The position numbers and the translations under genes were made by a program. Under the pieces are notes generated by a model. It was not told where the DNA came from. It saw nothing but the letters and a program-made list of their open reading frames with translations, and made no database searches. Of a stretch of DNA of 64,000 bases, positions 58,374 to 64,000 are shown piece by piece. Position 1 is the first letter of the stretch. Each line of letters opens with the position of its first letter. This stretch comes from an uncultured Desulfospira sp. (GTDB lineage Bacteria > Desulfobacterota > Desulfobacteria > Desulfobacterales > Desulfobacteraceae): the NCBI GenBank assembly GCA_963663165.1, contig OY760175.1:6496001-6560000 (forward strand). The letters run 5' to 3'.

Positions 58374-59621
58374 ATGAATCTTGTAGATCTCAATAAGATG
58401 AAAATCAGTGAGCTGACCAAGCTTGCCAAAGAGTACAACATTGAAGGGATCAGCGGGCTGAAAAAACAGGAACTGATTTTCGCCCTGCTTCAGGCCAATA
58501 TCGAAGAAAGCGGCCAGGTTTACGGGGAAGGGACGTTGGAAATTCTCCCGGACGGATTTGGGTTTTTAAGGGCTCCCGGATATAACTATCTGCCCGGACC
58601 GGATGATATTTACGTATCGCCTTCCCAGATCCGGCGGTTTAATTTAAGGACAGGGGATACCATATCCGGTCAGGTTCGCCAGCCAAAAGATTCTGAACGG
58701 TATTTTGCCCTTCTCAAGGTTGAGGCCGTTAATTTTAAAAGCCCTGAACTGGCCGCTGAAACCATACTCTTTGATAATTTGCTCCCCCTGTACCCGGACC
58801 GGAAAATGAACCTGGAGGCAGAGCCTGAAAATTATTCCATGAGGGTGATTGATTTAATGTCCCCCATTGGATTCGGGCAAAGGGGGCTTATCGTATCGCC
58901 GCCTAAAGCCGGTAAAACCATGCTGCTTCAAAATATTGCCAACTCAATGATCAAGGCCCATAAAAATATTGTTCCCATGGTGGTTCTCATTGATGAACGA
59001 CCCGAGGAGGTCACGGACATGGCCCGGTCCGTCAATGCCGAGGTGGTCAGTTCAACTTTTGACGAACCCGCCGAGCGGCACGTGCAGGTAGCGGAAATGG
59101 TCATTGAGAAAGCCAAACGCATCGTAGAGCAGGGATATGATGTGGTGATTCTTCTGGACAGCATCACCCGGCTTGCCCGGGCCTATAACGCAGTCATGCC
59201 GCCGTCGGGAAAAATTCTTTCCGGTGGGGTGGATTCCAATGCCCTGGACCGTCCCAAACGGTTTTTTGGTGCGGCCCGGAACATTGAAGAGGGGGGCAGC
59301 CTGACCATTATTGCAACCGCCCTGATTGATACCGGGTCACGGATGGACGAGGTTATTTTTGAAGAATTCAAGGGAACCGGCAACATGGAGCTGGTCCTTG
59401 ACCGAAAGCTTGCCGACAAGCGGGTGTTCCCGGCCATTGACATCAACAAGTCCGGCACCCGAAAGGAAGAACTGCTGCTTGATCCCATGACCTTGAACCG
59501 GGTGTGGATCTTAAGAAAACTGCTGTCGAGTTTAAATTCTGTGGACAGTATGCAGTTTTTACTTGAAAAAATGCAAGGAACAAAGGATAATAAAGAGTTT
59601 CTTGAATTGATGAATTCTTAA
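58374..59621 (+). CDS. rho: Transcription termination factor Rho
   Basis: [60 protein letters not shown]. Confidence 0.99.
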   Translation: MNLVDLNKMKISELTKLAKEYNIEGISGLKKQELIFALLQANIEESGQVYGEGTLEILPDGFGFLRAPGYNYLPGPDDIYVSPSQIRRFNLRTGDTISGQVRQPKDSERYFALLKVEAVNFKSPELAAETILFDNLLPLYPDRKMNLEAEPENYSMRVIDLMSPIGFGQRGLIVSPPKAGKTMLLQNIANSMIKAHKNIVPMVVLIDERPEEVTDMARSVNAEVVSSTFDEPAERHVQVAEMVIEKAKRIVEQGYDVVILLDSITRLARAYNAVMPPSGKILSGGVDSNALDRPKRFFGAARNIEEGGSLTIIATALIDTGSRMDEVIFEEFKGTGNMELVLDRKLADKRVFPAIDINKSGTRKEELLLDPMTLNRVWILRKLLSSLNSVDSMQFLLEKMQGTKDNKEFLELMNS

Positions 59622-59688
59622 AAGAAAGAGAAACGGTTTATATGAAAGCCTTTATACCGAGGCCAATTTTAAGGAGTTTAAGAGGGAA

Positions 59689-59907
59689 ATGAAAAAAGAC
59701 ATCCATCCGGAATACCACAAAACAACCGCTTCCTGTGCCTGCGGCGCCACCTTTGAAGTAGGCTCTACCAGAGAGAACATCAAGGTTGAAATTTGCTCAA
59801 AATGCCATCCGTTTTTTACCGGAAAGCAGAAGTTGGTTGACTCTGCCGGTAGAATTGACCGGTTTAAAAAGAAATATGCAGGGTTTGACGCAACCAAACT
59901 CGTTTAG
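59689..59907 (+). CDS. rpmE: 50S ribosomal protein L31 (zinc-binding type)
   Basis: MKKDIHPEY...CACG...[21 protein letters not shown]. Confidence 0.98.
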   Translation: MKKDIHPEYHKTTASCACGATFEVGSTRENIKVEICSKCHPFFTGKQKLVDSAGRIDRFKKKYAGFDATKLV

Positions 59908-59994
59908 CCCAAAAATATCATTCCGTCCGAAAAGGGGGCTTGGCAAAAGCTCCCTTTTTGAATTTAAAGACCTCAAGACACCACCGGTTAAGCC

Positions 59995-61059
59995 ATGATT
60001 GAAAAGCTAAGAGGCATTGAAGAAAGATTTATCAAGCTTGAGCATTTGTTAAGCGATCCTTCGGTCATCAGCGACCAGAAAAAATACCAGGAGTATTTAA
60101 AGGAACACGGAGAGCTGAATAAAATCGTGCCGGTGTTCAGGCAGTATGAAGCCCTGTTGTCTGAAACTAAAGAAACCAAGGAGCTTCTTCGGGATGATGA
60201 TCCGGACATTCGGGAAATGGCCAAGGAAGAACTGCCAGGCCTGGAAAAAAAAGCTCAAGACCTGAAAGCCGAACTTACGGTCCTCCTCATGCCCAAAGAT
60301 CCCAGGGACGAGAAAAATGTCCTGCTTGAAATCAGGGCCGGCACCGGCGGGGAAGAAGCCGGGATCTTTGCCGGAGACCTTTTCAGGATGTATTCCCGGT
60401 ATGCGGAATCCAGGCACTGGAACGTGGAAATTATTGATAAAAATGACTCCAGTTCCGGCGGGTTTAAGGAAGTGGTGTCCCTGGTCAAAGGCAAAGGGGC
60501 CTATTCCTGCTTTAAATATGAGTCCGGCACCCACCGGGTTCAGCGGGTCCCCGAAACCGAGACCCAGGGCCGGGTCCATACCTCTGCGGTGACCGTGGCG
60601 GTTCTGCCCGAGGCCGAAGATATTGATATTGATATCAACCCTGCAGACTTGAGGGTTGATGTATTCCGGTCTTCAGGTCCGGGCGGCCAGTCCGTCAATA
60701 CCACGGATTCTGCGGTCCGGATTACCCATATCCCGACCGGGGTGGTGGCCACCTGCCAGGATGAGAAATCCCAGCATAAAAACAAGGCCAAAGCCATGGG
60801 GGTTCTAAAGTCCCGCCTTCTGGACGCAAAGATCAGGGAGGAAGAGGAAAAACGGTCTGCGGACCGGAAAGGCCAGGTGGGCACCGGAGACCGAAGCGGC
60901 CGGATCCGGACCTATAACTTCCCCCAGGGCCGGATGACGGATCACCGGATCGGCCTGACCCTTTACAAGCTGGACAGCATCATGGAAGGGGATATCCAGG
61001 ACATTATCGACGAACTTAAGACCTATAACCAGGCCCAGGCGCTTAAAGAAAAAAAATAG
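59995..61059 (+). CDS. prfA: Peptide chain release factor 1
   Basis: [21 protein letters not shown] (PxT), [17 protein letters not shown]. Confidence 0.98.
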   Translation: MIEKLRGIEERFIKLEHLLSDPSVISDQKKYQEYLKEHGELNKIVPVFRQYEALLSETKETKELLRDDDPDIREMAKEELPGLEKKAQDLKAELTVLLMPKDPRDEKNVLLEIRAGTGGEEAGIFAGDLFRMYSRYAESRHWNVEIIDKNDSSSGGFKEVVSLVKGKGAYSCFKYESGTHRVQRVPETETQGRVHTSAVTVAVLPEAEDIDIDINPADLRVDVFRSSGPGGQSVNTTDSAVRITHIPTGVVATCQDEKSQHKNKAKAMGVLKSRLLDAKIREEEEKRSADRKGQVGTGDRSGRIRTYNFPQGRMTDHRIGLTLYKLDSIMEGDIQDIIDELKTYNQAQALKEKK

Positions 61060-61069
61060 GCACTGCCTG

Positions 61070-61927
61070 ATGGACTGGACCATTCTTAACCTGCTTTCCT
61101 GGACCGAGTCCTATTTTAAAAAACATGGGGTTGACAGTCCCCGGCTGACCGCCGAGATTCTGCTGGGGTTTTGCCTGAACATCCGGCGGCTGGACCTTTA
61201 TCTTCAGTATGACAGACCCATGCAGGACGATGAACTCAAGCGGTTCAAGGCCTTACTAAAAAGGCGGGTTGGCCATGAACCGGTGGCCTATATTACCGGC
61301 ACCAGGGGATTTTACGAGTCTGATTTTTCAGTCGGCCCGGGGGTGTTGATCCCTCGTCCGGAAACAGAGCTGATGGTGGAAAAGGCAGCCCAATTTCTGG
61401 AAAAGGATTTGGGCCGCCCATGGAAAATCCTGGAGCTTGGCGTGGGGTCCGGTGCCGTGATTGTCTCTGTTGCCCGGATGTTTCCTTCACATCTGTACTT
61501 TGCCTCAGATATCAGTCATACCGCCCTTGAGGTGGCCGGGAAAAATGCCAAAGAACTTTTAGAGACACCGGTTCATTTTTTTAAGGGATCATGGTTTGAA
61601 CCCTTTGCTGAAACGGCCCGGTTTGATATGATCCTGTCCAACCCTCCGTATATTCCGGCAAAAGACATTGAGGGCCTTGCCCCTGAAGTAAAAGACCATG
61701 AACCCCTGGCCGCGCTGGACGGCGGCCCGGACGGCCTTGGCGCAATCCGAAAGATACTTTTCACCGCCCCGTTGTTCCTGGCCCCCGGAGGGGTTCTTTT
61801 GCTGGAAATGGGGTTTGACCAGGCCCGGGGGGTTACGGACATTGCTTGGGAAACCAAGGCATTTGAATCTGTGACGGTTTTCAAAGATCTATCGGGTCTT
61901 GACCGCCTGTTTTTAGGTCGTGTTTGA
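61070..61927 (+). CDS. prmC: Release factor glutamine methyltransferase
   Basis: EPVAYI.G, LIPRPETE, LELGVGSG, SNPPY; follows prfA. Confidence 0.96.
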   Translation: MDWTILNLLSWTESYFKKHGVDSPRLTAEILLGFCLNIRRLDLYLQYDRPMQDDELKRFKALLKRRVGHEPVAYITGTRGFYESDFSVGPGVLIPRPETELMVEKAAQFLEKDLGRPWKILELGVGSGAVIVSVARMFPSHLYFASDISHTALEVAGKNAKELLETPVHFFKGSWFEPFAETARFDMILSNPPYIPAKDIEGLAPEVKDHEPLAALDGGPDGLGAIRKILFTAPLFLAPGGVLLLEMGFDQARGVTDIAWETKAFESVTVFKDLSGLDRLFLGRV

Positions 61928-61986
61928 ACGAAACGTCACCCATCTGCTGTGTTGCAGTCAAAATATCAGTTTTTCGTCCAGACACG
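61919..61986. repeat. Small inverted-repeat element (GTGTYTGRACGAAA family), copy 2
   Basis: cgtgtttgaacgaaa-cgtcacccatctgc...tttcgtccagacacg; overlaps the prmC stop codon. Confidence 0.75.
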
Positions 61987-62075
61987 GGGTTCTGGCCAGG
62001 CACAAAAGAAAAAAAGAAATTGATTCAATTATGATTTTTTGATATCTATGATAGGATTTTTTGCTGGAAACAAAA

Positions 62076-62160
62076 ACGCACATCCATGGACCTGGAATCC
62101 GGTGCTCTTAACCGAGTCGATTCGCGGGAAAGAAGTGGGTGAAGGCACTAAAAACCATTA
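62076..62160 (+). ncRNA. rpsB leader (t44-like S2 autoregulatory RNA)
   Basis: Located directly upstream of rpsB, with ACGCACA...CCGGTGC...GAAGGCACTAAA elements reminiscent of t44; boundaries approximate. Confidence 0.55.
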
Positions 62161-62179
62161 ATTAAAATTTGGAGAACAA

Positions 62180-63040
62180 ATGGCTTACATTACCATCAGA
62201 GAACTTCTCGAAGCCGGTGTCCATTTCGGACACCAGACCAAACGGTGGAACCCGAAAATGAAAAAATATATTTTCGGTGCAAGAAACGGTATTTACATCA
62301 TTGACCTTCAGCAGACAGTGAAACTTTTCAAGACTGCCCATGATTTTGTAAAGGATACGGCAGCCAGCGGAAAAGAAGTCCTGTTTGTGGGGACCAAAAA
62401 ACAGGCCTCCGAGGCGATTTATGAAGAGGCCAACCGGGCCGAAAGTTATTATGTGGAAAACCGGTGGCTTGGCGGAATGCTGACCAACTTTCAAACCATT
62501 AAGAACAATATTTCCCGGTTCCACTTCCTCAATTCCATTGAAAATGACGGCTCCCTTGAAAACTATCCCAAAAAAGAACAGGCCAAAATGCTCAAGGATA
62601 AAGCCAAACTTGAGTTTGATATCGGTGGTATCAGCAACATGAAAACCCTTCCGGGGGTTATTTTTATCATTGATCCCAAGAAAGAGGCCATTGCCGTTAA
62701 AGAGGCCAAGCGGCTTAAGATACCCATTGTTGCGGTGGTTGATACCAACTGTGACCCGGACGATATTGATTTTGTAATTCCGGGCAATGATGACGCCATC
62801 CGGTCCATCCGCCTGTTCGCCTCCCGCATAGCCGACGCGGCCATTGAGGGACGGCAGATTTATGAAGAAAAACAGCGGGCAGAATCGGACAAGTCCGATA
62901 CAGAAGCATTCTCCGAGGTTGAAGGAGATGAAAAAATCACCATAGAAACGGTTTCAGACGGTACAGACGGTCCTGTGGTTGAAAAGATTAAAAGAAAAAC
63001 CGCACCTGCAGAAGCCCAGGAAGCGGATACTGCAGAATAA
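62180..63040 (+). CDS. rpsB: 30S ribosomal protein S2
   Basis: [46 protein letters not shown]. Confidence 0.99.
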   Translation: MAYITIRELLEAGVHFGHQTKRWNPKMKKYIFGARNGIYIIDLQQTVKLFKTAHDFVKDTAASGKEVLFVGTKKQASEAIYEEANRAESYYVENRWLGGMLTNFQTIKNNISRFHFLNSIENDGSLENYPKKEQAKMLKDKAKLEFDIGGISNMKTLPGVIFIIDPKKEAIAVKEAKRLKIPIVAVVDTNCDPDDIDFVIPGNDDAIRSIRLFASRIADAAIEGRQIYEEKQRAESDKSDTEAFSEVEGDEKITIETVSDGTDGPVVEKIKRKTAPAEAQEADTAE

Positions 63041-63100
63041 CGACTGATAAAGACTAATAACCATTCAGCTAATGCTGAAAACTAAGCAAAACCAGGGTCC

Positions 63101-63209
63101 GTAACTGTTCATCAGTGCGTCACATTTGTTTAGTCAGTACTTCGGTGCATACTTTTGTTATGTGAGAAGGCCTTAAATGAGCGAAGGCAGGGCACTGCTG
63201 AACAGTTAC
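63101..63209. repeat. MITE-like element with 18-bp terminal inverted repeats
   Basis: gtaactgttcatcagtgc ... gcactgctgaacagttac (one mismatch) in the rpsB-tsf spacer. Confidence 0.7.
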
Positions 63210-63236
63210 AAAGACTATTTTAAGGAGTGATATAAG

Positions 63237-63833
63237 ATGGCTGAGATTACAGCAGCAATGGTAAAGGAGCTTCGGGAGGCCACTGGGTCGGGCATTATGG
63301 ACTGCAAACGGGTCCTGGCTGAAGCTGAAGGGGATCTGGATAAAGCAGTTGAACTCCTCCGCAAAAAAGGACTGGCAAAGGCCGCCAAAAGGGCTGGCCG
63401 CTCTACTTCAGAAGGGATTATCTATTCCTATATCCATACCGGGGCCAAACTCGGTGTCCTGGTGGAAATCAACTGCGAATCTGACTTTGTGGCCAAAACA
63501 GACGATTTTGCCGAGTTTGCAAAAAATATTGCCATGCATATTGCAGCGGCTGCCCCGGCCGGCTTAAGCCCTGAAGACGTAGACCCCGCCGTTGTCGAAA
63601 AAGAACGGGAAATCTACAAAGCCCAGATGCTCGAAGAGGGGAAACCCGAAAATATCATCGATAAAATCGTGGATGGCAAGGTGGAAAAATTCTACAAGGA
63701 ATCCTGCCTGATGAGCCAGCAATATGTGAAAGATCCTCAGGTAACCATTACAGACCTGCTCAAGGAAACCATTGGTAAAATAGGCGAAAATATTCAGATC
63801 AAAAGATTTGCACGTTTCCAGATAGGGGAGTAA
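63237..63833 (+). CDS. tsf: Elongation factor Ts (short form)
   Basis: VKELREATGSGIMDCK, EINCESDFVA, AMHIAA, IGENIQIKRF. Confidence 0.98.
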   Translation: MAEITAAMVKELREATGSGIMDCKRVLAEAEGDLDKAVELLRKKGLAKAAKRAGRSTSEGIIYSYIHTGAKLGVLVEINCESDFVAKTDDFAEFAKNIAMHIAAAAPAGLSPEDVDPAVVEKEREIYKAQMLEEGKPENIIDKIVDGKVEKFYKESCLMSQQYVKDPQVTITDLLKETIGKIGENIQIKRFARFQIGE

Positions 63834-63837
63834 ACTT

Positions 63838-64000
63838 TTGGATAACCAGCCTGAGTTTGAGAGAATTCTGATCAAATTAAGCGGCGAAGCCCTGATGGGA
63901 AATCAGGGCTTTGGCATCACCCCTGAAATGATCAATTATGTGGCTGATGAGATCGTCAAGGTCTTTCGTCTCGGTGTTCAGATCAGCATCGTGGTGGGCG
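63838..64000 (+). CDS. pyrH: Uridylate kinase, 3'-truncated by the window edge
   Basis: Translated by hand from TTG 63838: MDNQPEFERILIKLSGEALMGNQGFGI...QISIVVG; follows tsf. Confidence 0.93.
   Translation, partial: MDNQPEFERILIKLSGEALMGNQGFGITPEMINYVADEIVKVFRLGVQISIVVG

Overview
A 64-kb chromosomal window from a sulfate-reducing deltaproteobacterium, most likely Desulfobacteraceae. This is inferred from gene content and protein sequences, with no database search. Bases 1-14,000 hold an accessory envelope locus: the 3' part of a very large acidic filamentous-haemagglutinin-like exoprotein, then a DUF2341/LamG-ExbB fusion, ExbD, a TonB-like protein, a putative porin, a coiled-coil protein, an STN-like protein and Skp. 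A convergent trio follows (SurA-like lipoprotein, HAMP-only membrane protein, exported HExxH protein). The rest is mostly housekeeping: proAB, a U32 protein, msbA, yicC-remA-gmk-rlmB, tRNA-His, rplU-rpmA-obgE-nadD-rsfS-gpmI, fba, glgP, hdrA-mvhD-metV-metF, tRNA-Gln, ndk, rho-rpmE-prfA-prmC and rpsB-tsf-pyrH, plus two chemoreceptors. Signals the ORF track misses or splits: (1) a probable membrane-anchored thioredoxin-like selenoprotein (W-U-G-G-C plus a SECIS-like hairpin) broken into two ORFs; (2) an internally deleted waaA/kdtA pseudogene divergent from msbA; (3) a Trm112 gene; (4) several families of small structured intergenic repeats. Family assignments come from motif recognition by eye and need HMM confirmation.
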